From positions 763 to 64,762 of the forward strand of contig JBHEOA010000058.1 in NCBI GenBank assembly GCA_046261835.1: DNA of 64,000 nt. Direction: 5' to 3'. How positions within the stretch are numbered: the stretch's first letter is position 1; each line of letters starts with the position of its first letter. The position numbers and the translations under genes are program-made. The notes beneath the pieces are model-generated. The model searched no databases. It saw only the letters and a list, made by a program, of their open reading frames with translations, and had not been told where the DNA came from. The DNA comes from Gemmatimonadota bacterium. GTDB taxonomy: Bacteria > Gemmatimonadota > Gemmatimonadetes > JACCXV01 > JAHWKZ01. Shown here one piece after another: positions 50,177-59,427 of this stretch.

Positions 50177-50635
50177 CTAGCGCACTTCGACCGTCGAGGT
50201 CGCGGCCGCCGGCTTCTCCTGATAGAGCCAGGCTCCGATCAAGGTCGCGATCGGGATCTCGAACAACCCCCAGATCAGCGTGATCGTGCTGATGTCTCGG
50301 GGGAAGAGACCGATGGCCTGATTCCACGCCCAGAACGTACCACTCAGAACGAGCCACAGGACGAGACCGGTGATGAACGCAGTTTTAGGGCCGGGTCCGA
50401 AGCGTGGTCGCATCGCAGCATACAGCCACACGGCCACGATCCCGAGGACGAACGTCACGGCGACGAAGATCGCGATCGTCGAGGTGGACTCTTGTGGCGG
50501 TTTTCCGAGCGCCTCATACGCCGCGCGCCACTTTTCCCCGAGGATCGGCTCGTTGAGGATGTACTCGCCGATGTTCCAGACGAGTCCCGCCACGAGTCCC
50601 CCCACGATCACTCTGGCCATGTTGATCTTGCCCAT
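50177..50635 (-). CDS. Small 4-TM membrane protein, tandem paralogue 2 of 3
   Basis: MGKINMARVIVGGLVAGLVWNIGEYIL...VWLYAAMRPRFGPGPKTA; 3-nt gap to paralogue 1. Confidence 0.5.
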   Translation of the reverse strand: MGKINMARVIVGGLVAGLVWNIGEYILNEPILGEKWRAAYEALGKPPQESTSTIAIFVAVTFVLGIVAVWLYAAMRPRFGPGPKTAFITGLVLWLVLSGTFWAWNQAIGLFPRDISTITLIWGLFEIPIATLIGAWLYQEKPAAATSTVEVR

Positions 50636-50645
50636 GCCCCCCCTC

Positions 50646-51089
50646 CTACCGAGCAACCGAAGCGGCCGGCGCAGTCGGCTCTTCCTTGTAGAGCCATCCG
50701 CCGACCATCGCCGCAATCAGGTACTCGAAGAACGCCCACACCGCGCCGATCATCATGAGGCGGGAGGGATAGACGGGGTTGAGAGCGTTCCAGACGTAGG
50801 GCGGGATCGCTAGCAGAAACCAGGTGAAGATCCCGGCGATCGCTGCTGTCTTGGCCCCCGGCCCAAAGCGCGGCCGGATGGCTGCATAGAGCCAGACCAG
50901 CGCGATCCCGATCACGAATCCGAGCAGGACGAGAACGCCGATCTCGGCGCCGGTCATGGGCGGCACGCTAACCGCCTCCGCCGCGGCCTCCCAGTCCTCC
51001 GCCAGGATGACTGCATTGAGCAAATACTCTCCGATGTTCAGGACCAGACCGGCTACGAGACCGGCTCCGATGACGCGACCCACGCTCAT
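50646..51089 (-). CDS. Small 4-TM membrane protein, tandem paralogue 3 of 3
   Basis: MSVGRVIGAGLVAGLVLNIGEYLL...VWLYAAIRPRFGPGAKTA. Confidence 0.5.
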   Translation of the reverse strand: MSVGRVIGAGLVAGLVLNIGEYLLNAVILAEDWEAAAEAVSVPPMTGAEIGVLVLLGFVIGIALVWLYAAIRPRFGPGAKTAAIAGIFTWFLLAIPPYVWNALNPVYPSRLMMIGAVWAFFEYLIAAMVGGWLYKEEPTAPAASVAR

Positions 51090-51231
51090 GCGGCCCCTCC
51101 GTTTTGTGGGGATGAACGATCGTGATCACCCAGCGGGGCGACACGCTCGTCAGCGCACGGTAACGGGAGACAGCATGACGAAGCAAGGCCGCACCCATGC
51201 CGGCCGCGGCGGAAGGGCTGCGCGCGGGCGC

Positions 51232-51672
51232 TTAGCGCGTGACGGTCAGCTCGACTCGGTAACGCGTGGGATCGATAGGGGGATCAGCTGCCCTGGGGAC
51301 GGGATCGACGTCGACCAGCCGCACCGTGATCCCCAGTATCGCCCGCTCGCGGGGCTCGATCCCGGTGTTGAGGACGACCGGCTGGGGCGCGAACTCCGCG
51401 ATCCGACTCGACACCTCGAGCCTGACCGCCGCGTTTCCTTGCCACGGACACTGGACGTCGGTGGGACAGCGGGAGTCCTCGGTCACCCGGTCGAAGTGGA
51501 TCAGGACCTCGGTGCCACCGACGTGAGCGGTCTCGCCCGGAGCGAGCGTGAACGCGTCTCCCTGCGAAACCTCGATCTCCAAGCCGGTCGTTCCCTCGCG
51601 CACACCGGTCGAGCCTTCGCCGTAACAGGCGATCGCAACCCAGACGAGGAGCACGAGGAAGGACCATCTCAT
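51232..51672 (-). CDS. Hypothetical lipoprotein
   Basis: Internal start MRWSFLVLLVWVAIAC (lipobox); C-rich short domain. Confidence 0.4.
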   Translation of the reverse strand: MRWSFLVLLVWVAIACYGEGSTGVREGTTGLEIEVSQGDAFTLAPGETAHVGGTEVLIHFDRVTEDSRCPTDVQCPWQGNAAVRLEVSSRIAEFAPQPVVLNTGIEPRERAILGITVRLVDVDPVPRAADPPIDPTRYRVELTVTR

Positions 51673-51751
51673 GGGGAACAAACTACTCCATAGCACCAGG
51701 AGTTGCGCGTTCGGAGCGCTCGATCGACCGCTTTGAGCTAGGTCCGCAGGG

Positions 51752-52318
51752 CTACTCCCGGGGGATTCCGATGAAGCGTGGGATTCGACGCGCGTAGGCC
51801 TCATACCTATCGCCATAGGTTCGCCGGAGCCAAGCCTCCTCTGCGAAAGGACCGAGCACGAGCCCCACGACAGCAAGCACCGCGGCGATCCACAGTAGCC
51901 GCGAGTTGGCGAGGATGGCAAACCCCAACGTCGCAAGAATGTCGCCGACATACTGCGGGTTGCGGGAGTAGCGGTAGGGTCCGCGTTCCTGGAAGGGGCC
52001 GCCGAGGCCCGACGAGACCGGGCGACCCAGCGCGCGGACGCCCCAGTCGGCGATCCCGAGCCCGAAGGCGACAAGAGCGCCGCCCACCAGGATCCGTTCG
52101 TCGGCCTTCCAAAGGAACGTATTCCAATCGAGCCACGCGAGCGCGATCGCGGCCGCGACGCCCACGATCACGGGCCAGAACGTTACGTGGAACTGCCAGG
52201 TTTCCTTGCCGGGTGGTGGCCAGACAGGCTTCTCCGGCCGAAGGAGCGAGCCGACGACGGCCGCGAGCAGGATGACCTCGCACGCGATCGTGATCGCGAA
52301 GGCGACCCAGGTTTCTAC
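51752..52318 (-). CDS. Isoprenylcysteine carboxyl methyltransferase / phospholipid methyltransferase-family membrane protein
   Basis: ERGPYRYSRNPQYVGDIL...AEEAWLRRTYGDRYEAY ICMT/PEMT signature; multi-TM. Start trimmed to avoid overlap with the VOC gene. Confidence 0.6.
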   Translation of the reverse strand, partial: VETWVAFAITIACEVILLAAVVGSLLRPEKPVWPPPGKETWQFHVTFWPVIVGVAAAIALAWLDWNTFLWKADERILVGGALVAFGLGIADWGVRALGRPVSSGLGGPFQERGPYRYSRNPQYVGDILATLGFAILANSRLLWIAAVLAVVGLVLGPFAEEAWLRRTYGDRYEAYARRIPRFIGIPRE

Positions 52319-52680
52319 TTGGCGCTCTCGTCGGGCTGCATGATCCCGTGGACGTTTCCGTCGGGGTCCTTGAAGTAGCAGAACCAACCCACCCCCGCAA
52401 CCGCCATCTTATCCGTCACCATCGTTCCGCCTGCCGACTTCACCTTCTCCCGGTACCTCTCGAGGTCAGGCACGTCGAGCGTGTTGATGACCGGGGGCGC
52501 CTCGGGCATTCGTCGCATGAAGCCGCCGTTGATCCCCGGTCCGTCGGTCCCGGTCGTCACGAGCCAGTACTCGACCGGTCCCTGCCATTTGTTGAACTTC
52601 CAGCCGAAGACGTTTCCGTAGAACTTCGCCAGCTCCTCGGGGTCGTCGGACATGATCTCGAAGTGAACGATGCGGGGCAT
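52315..52680 (-). CDS. VOC (glyoxalase/bleomycin-resistance) family protein
   Basis: MPRIVHFEIMSDDPEELAKFYGNVFGWKF...WFCYFKDPDGNVHGIMQ. Confidence 0.65.
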   Translation of the reverse strand: MPRIVHFEIMSDDPEELAKFYGNVFGWKFNKWQGPVEYWLVTTGTDGPGINGGFMRRMPEAPPVINTLDVPDLERYREKVKSAGGTMVTDKMAVAGVGWFCYFKDPDGNVHGIMQPDESAK

Positions 52681-52710
52681 GGGGCCTCCTGGGTTGGGGT
52701 GAAATGTCCG

Positions 52711-53544
52711 CTACCGTTTCGGCTCGGCGACGAATTCCAGCCACGCGTTGAGCGCCAGGGCATCGAGTGCGCGGTGCGCGAGTCGGCGCACCGGGTTTCG
52801 CCGCTTGACGGCCGCACTGGTGCCAGCATAGAGGACGCGGAAGCCATTCTTCTCGAGTAGCCGGTTCAGCGTCTCCCTATCGAAGTACCACAGATGGTGC
52901 TCGGGGCTCAGGTGCTTGAAGGGTCGAGGCTTCAAGCCCGAGCGACTCAGAAAGCTCTTCCACCGTGACATGAAGCTCGCCTCATTGGGAAGCACCAGGT
53001 GAAGAATGCCGCCGTCCCCGAGGAGCTCGGCGACGCGCGTGAGAAAAGCATTGGGGTCGAGAACGTGCTCGAGGACGTGGTGGACGGTAACCACATCCCA
53101 GCGGTCCAGGTCGAGCTCGGCGATATCCCCCAGATAGAGGTCGATTCCGTGCGTAGCCAGGCGTTCGCGGTTGACATCCGTGATGTCGGTGCCGCCGAGC
53201 CGACCCACTCCCGACATCTTCGAGAGATGGATGAGGAAGTGACCGAGCCCAGTTCCGATATCGAGGACGCAGGGGTTGGACGCTCGCGTATAGTGCAGGA
53301 ACGTGGTCGCGTATCGGTGGCTGGTCTCGGCGCTGTACGCAGCGATCTCTGGATCGATCCTACGCCGACGGTCTTCGTCGAAGTACGGGTCGCCATAGAT
53401 CGCCAGGATTTCGGCCTCTGACGGCCGCGGGTTCATGTACCTGAGCCCGCAACGACGACAGTGGACGATCGTGTAGCCGGCGTAGTGGCGCCCCCAGAAC
53501 TCGTCGTCAGCGATCTCGCAGATCGGGCAGCGGACCGGCTCCAC
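52711..53544 (-). CDS. Class I SAM-dependent methyltransferase with N-terminal zinc-ribbon
   Basis: CPICEIADDEF...CRRCGLRY zinc ribbon; VLDIGTGLGHF motif I; DVVTVHHVLEHV. Confidence 0.65.
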   Translation of the reverse strand: MEPVRCPICEIADDEFWGRHYAGYTIVHCRRCGLRYMNPRPSEAEILAIYGDPYFDEDRRRRIDPEIAAYSAETSHRYATTFLHYTRASNPCVLDIGTGLGHFLIHLSKMSGVGRLGGTDITDVNRERLATHGIDLYLGDIAELDLDRWDVVTVHHVLEHVLDPNAFLTRVAELLGDGGILHLVLPNEASFMSRWKSFLSRSGLKPRPFKHLSPEHHLWYFDRETLNRLLEKNGFRVLYAGTSAAVKRRNPVRRLAHRALDALALNAWLEFVAEPKR

Positions 53545-54570
53545 TCAATCCGGCTCGAAGTAGGGATCGAGCGCAAAGGGATCCTCGAAAAAGCGGGAGT
53601 GCCACTGGGGGGCGACCAGGTCGAGGAGGAGCGCGGTCGCGGCGCCGAGCGGATAGAACGCGACTCGGCGGTCGTTCGAGAGGGTCGACATCTGCAGCCC
53701 CTCCAGGATTTCGCGACGCAGTCGCGCCGCCGCCTCGGCGTACGGCTCGTGGTCCGGCAGCGGATCGGGCGGCTCGCCTTGGAGCGCCGCGAGCTCGGCC
53801 AACCGAAGCTCGGTGTAGCGTGCCACACCTTCCTGCCAGAGCTGGAACTGGAAGTATCGGTAGTCCTCCTCGGAAAGCGTCTCACGGAACCGCTCGCGCG
53901 CGGAATGATACGCCTCCAGACGGTTCGCGAAGTCAGGGGTCCCGGCGAGCTCGAGCGTACGCAGGAGGTGGCTCGCGAGATCGACGTACCGCCCGCGCAC
54001 GTTCGGGTCTTCGTACGGGAACGGGTAGTCGAGCATCCATTGCCCCGTCGTGTCGCCGTGCGCGAGGTCGAGCTCGGCGACGCCGTCGAAGTAGTCGGGC
54101 TGGGACATCTGGAGCTGATGGAAGCGTTCGTGGAGGACCGAGAGCACCCATGCGGTCGTTCCCTTCCCCGTCGCCTCGGCGGTTCCCACCACGATCGTCG
54201 GAACGCCGCCGACCGCCGGGAACGAGGCGAGGAAGTGGGGCGGGAAAACGGCGGCGCGATGGAAAACTGCGACCCCGAGCTGGGCATTGTCACCGAGCTG
54301 AGCGAAATCATCGGACGGTCGCGGGTGGCCGATCAGGAACTCGTCCGTTGAGGTGACGAGCAGAAGGGCGAGCGGGATTTCGTTCCAGCCAGGCCAGAGC
54401 GAGTCACCGACCAGGCTCGAGACGCGCATCGATTCCGCGATCTGCGCCCGTTCGCCGGAGGGGATCGAGGGATCCGTGAGGGCCGTCGCGCTCGGCGGAG
54501 GCCCGACCTGTGCGATCAGCTCGGCGACCAGAGCGAACGTCAAGAGGGAGATGAGCGAACAGGCCCGCAT
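53545..54570 (-). CDS. Secreted protein with HExxH motif (HERFHQLQ); possible metallohydrolase
   Basis: Signal peptide MRACSLISLLTFALVAELIA; single HExxH; otherwise unrecognised. Confidence 0.4.
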   Translation of the reverse strand: MRACSLISLLTFALVAELIAQVGPPPSATALTDPSIPSGERAQIAESMRVSSLVGDSLWPGWNEIPLALLLVTSTDEFLIGHPRPSDDFAQLGDNAQLGVAVFHRAAVFPPHFLASFPAVGGVPTIVVGTAEATGKGTTAWVLSVLHERFHQLQMSQPDYFDGVAELDLAHGDTTGQWMLDYPFPYEDPNVRGRYVDLASHLLRTLELAGTPDFANRLEAYHSARERFRETLSEEDYRYFQFQLWQEGVARYTELRLAELAALQGEPPDPLPDHEPYAEAAARLRREILEGLQMSTLSNDRRVAFYPLGAATALLLDLVAPQWHSRFFEDPFALDPYFEPD

Positions 54571-54592
54571 CGGCTTCAGTACACCAGCCTGT

Positions 54593-55096
54593 TCATGTCG
54601 GTTCTACCAGCGTCGCGACGATGCGCTCGACGATCCGCTCGGGCGGAGCCTCGGCATCGACGACGAGCGCTTCGTCGGGGCCGGGCGCCTCGAGATCGGC
54701 GAATTGGCTCTCGAGCAGCTCGGGTCCTGCGAAATGGTTCTTCCGCCCGGACAGCCGCTCGGCGATCACGGACCGCCCAGCCGCCAGGTGGACCAAAGCG
54801 ACCTCGGGACGATCTGTGCCGAGCCGCCGACGGTACGCACGCTTGAGCGCCGAGCAGGCGACGACCGCCGGTTTACCCAACGAGAGCCGCTCATCGATCT
54901 CCCGCCGCACCGCCTCGAGCCACGGCAGCCGATCGTCGTCCGTCAAGGACTCGCCTCGTGACATCTTGGCGACATTTCCGGCAGGGTGGAAATCGTCGGC
55001 GTCGACGAAGTCCCAACCCAGCTCGTTCGCCAAGCGCCTTCCGATCGTCGTCTTGCCGGCACCGATCACACCCATGAGTACGATGACGCGACCCGT
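54593..55096 (-). CDS. gntK: Gluconokinase (shikimate-kinase-like P-loop); start probably GTG upstream of the listed Met
   Basis: RVIVLMGVIGAGKTTIGRRLANELGWDFVDADDFHPAGNVAKMSRGESLTDDDRLPWL is the canonical GntK N-terminus. Confidence 0.65.
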   Translation of the reverse strand, partial: TGRVIVLMGVIGAGKTTIGRRLANELGWDFVDADDFHPAGNVAKMSRGESLTDDDRLPWLEAVRREIDERLSLGKPAVVACSALKRAYRRRLGTDRPEVALVHLAAGRSVIAERLSGRKNHFAGPELLESQFADLEAPGPDEALVVDAEAPPERIVERIVATLVEPT

Positions 55097-55211
55097 CTCA
55101 ATCCTCCTCGGCCGGCCGCGGTTCGATACGGACGATCGGACGGCGCCTCGGTTCCAGTGCCATCAGGTGATCGTAGATCGCGACGAGATCCTGGTCATGC
55201 ATCGCGGCGTA

Positions 55212-56084
55212 TCACGCCCAGGGCATGGGGCTTTCCGGCCCTTCTCCCCCACCCGGCGGAGGCACCGTGTTGGGCCGACTTGCAGCCCCCTTGAAGCGAG
55301 TCATGAATCGCTCCTTCGTCCACGTCCCGATGCCCGTCACCGAATCGGGTGTGATGTTGGCGGATCGAATGATCCATTCGTCCGTCCAGAACTCGTGGCC
55401 GCCACCGAAGGCGAGCTCGTGCTGGAGGTTCGGCGGCTCGCCGGGCGTGTGGCAAAATTCGCAACCCGAGATCGCTACGAGATACCTGCCATACGCCGGT
55501 CCATCCGACACGGACGGCGTCCGCTCCGGCGTCTCCGCCGATCGCGCAGAGAATCTGGCGATCACGCTGAAGGGAAGCCCCAATGGCTTGCGGGGGTGCT
55601 CCACCGGGATGGGCTCGAGCGATCGGAGATAAGCGATCAGAGCCTCCAGATCCTCGCGCGACATGATGCGATAAGCATCGTAGGGCATGGCGGGGAAGAG
55701 CGCCTTGCCGTCCTTGCGGATCCCGCTCGCGATGGCCCGCGCGATCTCGCCGTTGGTCCAGTCGCCCAGCGCCGCCGGCGTGATGTTAGGCGGGAAGAAA
55801 GGGGCGCCCTCCTCGACCCACGACATGTTCTCCTTTCCGAGCCCACCTTCCACGATCGGACTTCCCGGCGCGTCCGTATCGCGCATGGCGTGGCATTCGA
55901 CGCATTGAGCCAGGTTGTGGAAGAGGTAGCGCCCGCGTTCGATCGTCGTGGGGGTCATGGCTACCTCGAGGTCGGCCGGCGGCTCGGATTTCGGATAGAC
56001 GATCAACACGTAAAGCAACGCGAGCACGACGAGCGACAGCACGCCGATGACCAGGTAAGCAAGGACCCGTAAGAGCTTTCGCAT
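55212..56084 (-). CDS. Membrane-anchored dihaem c-type cytochrome
   Basis: N-terminal TM; two CxxCH motifs (CVECH, CEFCH). Confidence 0.65.
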   Translation of the reverse strand: MRKLLRVLAYLVIGVLSLVVLALLYVLIVYPKSEPPADLEVAMTPTTIERGRYLFHNLAQCVECHAMRDTDAPGSPIVEGGLGKENMSWVEEGAPFFPPNITPAALGDWTNGEIARAIASGIRKDGKALFPAMPYDAYRIMSREDLEALIAYLRSLEPIPVEHPRKPLGLPFSVIARFSARSAETPERTPSVSDGPAYGRYLVAISGCEFCHTPGEPPNLQHELAFGGGHEFWTDEWIIRSANITPDSVTGIGTWTKERFMTRFKGAASRPNTVPPPGGGEGPESPMPWA

Positions 56085-56103
56085 TCCCCTTCCTTCGACC
56101 GAT

Positions 56104-57507
56104 CTAGAAGTGGATCGCCGCGCCGTGCGCCGCGTGAGCGGCCTCGTGCACCGACTCGGCGAGGGTGGGGTGGGCGTGGATCGTGTGGATCAGCTCCTCG
56201 ACCGTGCCCTCCAGCCGCAGGACCGCGCCCGCTTCGGCGATCAGCTCCGTCGCCTTGTAGCCGATGATGTGAACGCCCAGCACCTCGTCGTGCACTGCCT
56301 CAGACACGACCTTGACGAACCCCTCGGTGTGGCCGGCGATCTTGGCCCGGCCGCTGGCCAGGAACGGGAATTTGCCGACCCGGACCTCATATCCCTCTTC
56401 GAGCGCCCGCTCCTCGGTGAGGCCGACGCTCGCGACCTCCGGGTCGCAGTAGGTGCAGTTGGGCGTCTCGCGGTAGGGGACCGGGTGGACTTCACGACCC
56501 GCGATCCGCTCGACGACCATGACACCTTCCATCGAGGCGACGTGGGCCAGCCATGGTGTCGGGTTGACGTCGCCGATCGCGTAGATCCCCGGCTCGGCGG
56601 TCTCGCACCACTCGTCGACCGCTACGTAACCGCGTTCGGTGCGGACCCGCGTGTTCTCGAGTCCGATCGCCTCGGTGACCGGAGCGCGGCCGATCGCGAC
56701 CAGCAGGTATTCAGCCTCGACCATGCCTCCGCCCTCACCCGACAGCGCAACCCCGACGCGTTCGCCGCGCCGGTCGGCCCCCTCGAAACGAGTCGATGTT
56801 CTGACATCCATCCCCCTCTTGCGGAACGCTTTAGCGAGTTCAGTCGCCACTTCTTCGTCCTCGATCGGGAGGAGCTGAGGGATGGCTTCCACCAGGGTGA
56901 CGTCGGCCCCGAACGCGCGATAGATCGAAGCGAACTCGACCCCCACCGCGCCCGCCCCGATCACGACCAGGGACCGCGGCATCGCCGGGAGCTCGAGGAT
57001 GTGGTCCGAGGAGAGAATCCGCTCGCCGTCGAACGGAGCGCCCTGGATGGGTCGTGGCACCGAGCCCGTGGCGATCACGATGTGCCGCGTCGCGAGCGTG
57101 TGCGCGCGGGCGCCGTCGGTATCCTGGTGCACCGCGACCTCACGGGGAGTTTCGATCCTGCCCCAGCCCTGAATCACCTCGACCTTCCACTTTCTGAGGA
57201 GGCCCGTGACTCCACCCGCGAGCTGGCGCACGATCCCACCCTTGCGCTGCTGGACCTTCGACCAGTCGACTCCGACCTCGCCGATCACGAGACCGAACTC
57301 GTCGGCGTGGAGCATCTCCTGGTAGCGGGCTGCGTTCTCGAGGAGCGCTTTGGTGGGAATGCAGCCGCGGTGAAGGCAGGTCCCGCCTTGAAAGGGGTCC
57401 TTCTCGACGAGGGCGGTCCTCAACCCGAGCTGGCCCGCGCGGATCGCCGCCACGTAGCCGCCGGGGCCGCTACCGATGATCACGACGTCGTAGTGCGGCT
57501 CGGCCAT
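56104..57507 (-). CDS. lpdA: Dihydrolipoyl dehydrogenase (E3)
   Basis: YDVVIIGSGPGGYVAAIRA...GGTCLHRGCIPTKALL redox-active disulfide; C-terminal HAHPTLAE. Confidence 0.9.
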   Translation of the reverse strand: MAEPHYDVVIIGSGPGGYVAAIRAGQLGLRTALVEKDPFQGGTCLHRGCIPTKALLENAARYQEMLHADEFGLVIGEVGVDWSKVQQRKGGIVRQLAGGVTGLLRKWKVEVIQGWGRIETPREVAVHQDTDGARAHTLATRHIVIATGSVPRPIQGAPFDGERILSSDHILELPAMPRSLVVIGAGAVGVEFASIYRAFGADVTLVEAIPQLLPIEDEEVATELAKAFRKRGMDVRTSTRFEGADRRGERVGVALSGEGGGMVEAEYLLVAIGRAPVTEAIGLENTRVRTERGYVAVDEWCETAEPGIYAIGDVNPTPWLAHVASMEGVMVVERIAGREVHPVPYRETPNCTYCDPEVASVGLTEERALEEGYEVRVGKFPFLASGRAKIAGHTEGFVKVVSEAVHDEVLGVHIIGYKATELIAEAGAVLRLEGTVEELIHTIHAHPTLAESVHEAAHAAHGAAIHF

Positions 57508-57700
57508 GGATCACGCCTGTATGGAGTTAGGGAAATGGAGCCGCGAAGCTAGGAGGATCGCCGACGGGACGTCAAACGACTGTTTCCGCCACGCGCTCCG
57601 AACCGAAAACGAGTCCAACCCTGGCGGCGGCTCCCTCGTCTAAGGGAATGGGCGAGGTGATCCACGCCTGTTTCACTACGCGAACCCTGGAAGGGCAAGC

Positions 57701-58527
57701 ATGCGGTTACGCCGAACGACGGTCACGATCCTTCTGATCCCTATCGTCTTTCCCTTTTCTCACCGCCTGCTCGAGGCCCAGGAGGCCCAAGCCACCAGTA
57801 GGGACGCGGAGTGGCTCGCGGATTGTCGCGAGAGAGATGAACACGGGGACGACGACGACCCTCGCGCCTGCGAGGTCATCATTGACAGTGTGCCCGGGGC
57901 CGCGGAGATGATCGTCGTCGAGTCGACGCGGAACGGGGGTGTCAAGGTTCGGGGATGGGAGCGAGCCGGAATCGAGGTCCACGCCCGCATCCAGGCTCAG
58001 GGCGATACACCGGCCGCCGCGCTCGAGCGGGTTCGCAGCTTCCGCCTGGACCTCGCTCCTGGGCGAGTGCGAGCCGTGGGCGATGAGGATCGTGAAGCGG
58101 TCTCGTTCGAGATCCTGGTCCCCCGCCGCTCAGGGCTCGAGGTCGAGACCCACAACGGGCCCCTCGGCGTCCATGGGGTGGAGGGTACGATGCGGCTCGG
58201 GACTCAAAACGGCCCGCTCGCGCTGGTCGGTGTCGGTGGGCAGGTGACCGCGCGCGTCAAGAATGGTCCGAGCTCGACGGCGACCGCTGGCGAGGGGCGG
58301 GACTCGACGCCGAGACCGTCAACGGTCCGGTCAAGCTCGAGATCCCCGAGAACTACTCGGCCGACCTCGAGGTCGGGACCATTCACGGCCCCTTCGACGT
58401 CGACATCCCGCTCACTCTCGAGCCGGGCGTCCGATTCCCCGGTCACGTACGCACGCGACTGGGTGGCGGTGGTCCGCGGGTTCGGGTCGTGACGACGAAC
58501 GGCCCGATCGTCGTCCGTCGATCCTAG
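57701..58527 (+). CDS. DUF4097-family (putative adhesin, beta-strand repeat) secreted protein with frameshift ~58275
   Basis: Repeats NGPLGVHG, NGPLALVG, NGP..., then after a frame change TVNGPVKLEIPENYSADLEVGTIHGPFDVDIPL...VVTTNGPIVVRRS ending at 58527. Confidence 0.5.
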
Positions 58528-58579
58528 GGGCATCCGGTTGTGGGCTGCCTTCCGTAGATCGACCAGCGACGAGCGGGTG

Positions 58580-58978
58580 TCAGTCGTCGCGCGGAGTGAA
58601 ACTCAGGGCGCCGGAGTTGATGCAGTAGCGAAGGCCGGTCGGCCGGGGGCCGTCGTCGAAGACATGACCGAGGTGGGCGTCGCACCGTGCGCATAGAGCC
58701 TCGGTGCGGCGCATCAGCATCGAGCGGTCCTCGGCGGTAGCGACCGCCGCGCCTTCAGCCGGACGTCTGAAGCTCGGCCAACCGGTGCCGGAATTGTACT
58801 TATCGCGAGCGTCGAACAACGGTTGACCGCACGCCGCACAGCGATAGACCCCGTCCTCGTGATGGTCCCAATATGCCCCGGTGAACGGTGGCTCCGTCCC
58901 CTTCTCTCGCGTGATGTGATACTGCTGGGGGCTGAGCTCCCGGCGCCATTGATCATCGGATTTCCGCACCTTGTCCAT
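58580..58978 (-). CDS. msrB: Peptide-methionine (R)-S-oxide reductase
   Basis: CAACGQPLF...CARCDAHLGHVFDDGP...RYCINS signature. Confidence 0.8.
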   Translation of the reverse strand: MDKVRKSDDQWRRELSPQQYHITREKGTEPPFTGAYWDHHEDGVYRCAACGQPLFDARDKYNSGTGWPSFRRPAEGAAVATAEDRSMLMRRTEALCARCDAHLGHVFDDGPRPTGLRYCINSGALSFTPRDD

Positions 58979-59004
58979 CGGGCCTTCGGTTCCGTTTGTC
59001 GGGC

Positions 59005-59367
59005 TCAAGAGGGCTGGAGCCGCGCGGTGAGCCGCTCCGGGATCACATGGCATTCGTCGGCCCTAACGGTGACCCCGGTGACGCGCCACGGGCGGTATCC
59101 CGGTGCCGTGACGGTCACGTCGTAGGTCCCCGGCCGCTCGAAGACCCCGAAGAGCTGGCCAGGCTCGAAGCTCTCCAGTGTGTCGGCGAAGGCCTCCTCG
59201 TTCGCGATTCCGCTGCCAGCCACTTCCCTACCACTCAGTGAATCGACGACCGTGACGTTGATCCCGGCGCGAGCTTCGAGGGTGCAGGCGACATCGGTCC
59301 GCGTTCCGTTGCAGGCTAGGGCAACGATGACGAGGATGACCAGCGTTAGCGGCGTGAGTCGGATCAT
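59005..59367 (-). CDS. Hypothetical lipoprotein (carboxypeptidase-regulatory-like fold?)
   Basis: MIRLTPLTLVILVIVALAC lipobox. Confidence 0.4.
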   Translation of the reverse strand: MIRLTPLTLVILVIVALACNGTRTDVACTLEARAGINVTVVDSLSGREVAGSGIANEEAFADTLESFEPGQLFGVFERPGTYDVTVTAPGYRPWRVTGVTVRADECHVIPERLTARLQPS

Positions 59368-59427
59368 CGAAATGAATATACTTACCTCCCAACGTGGTGT
59401 TCCGATCGGGAACCGTGAAGGAGGGGG

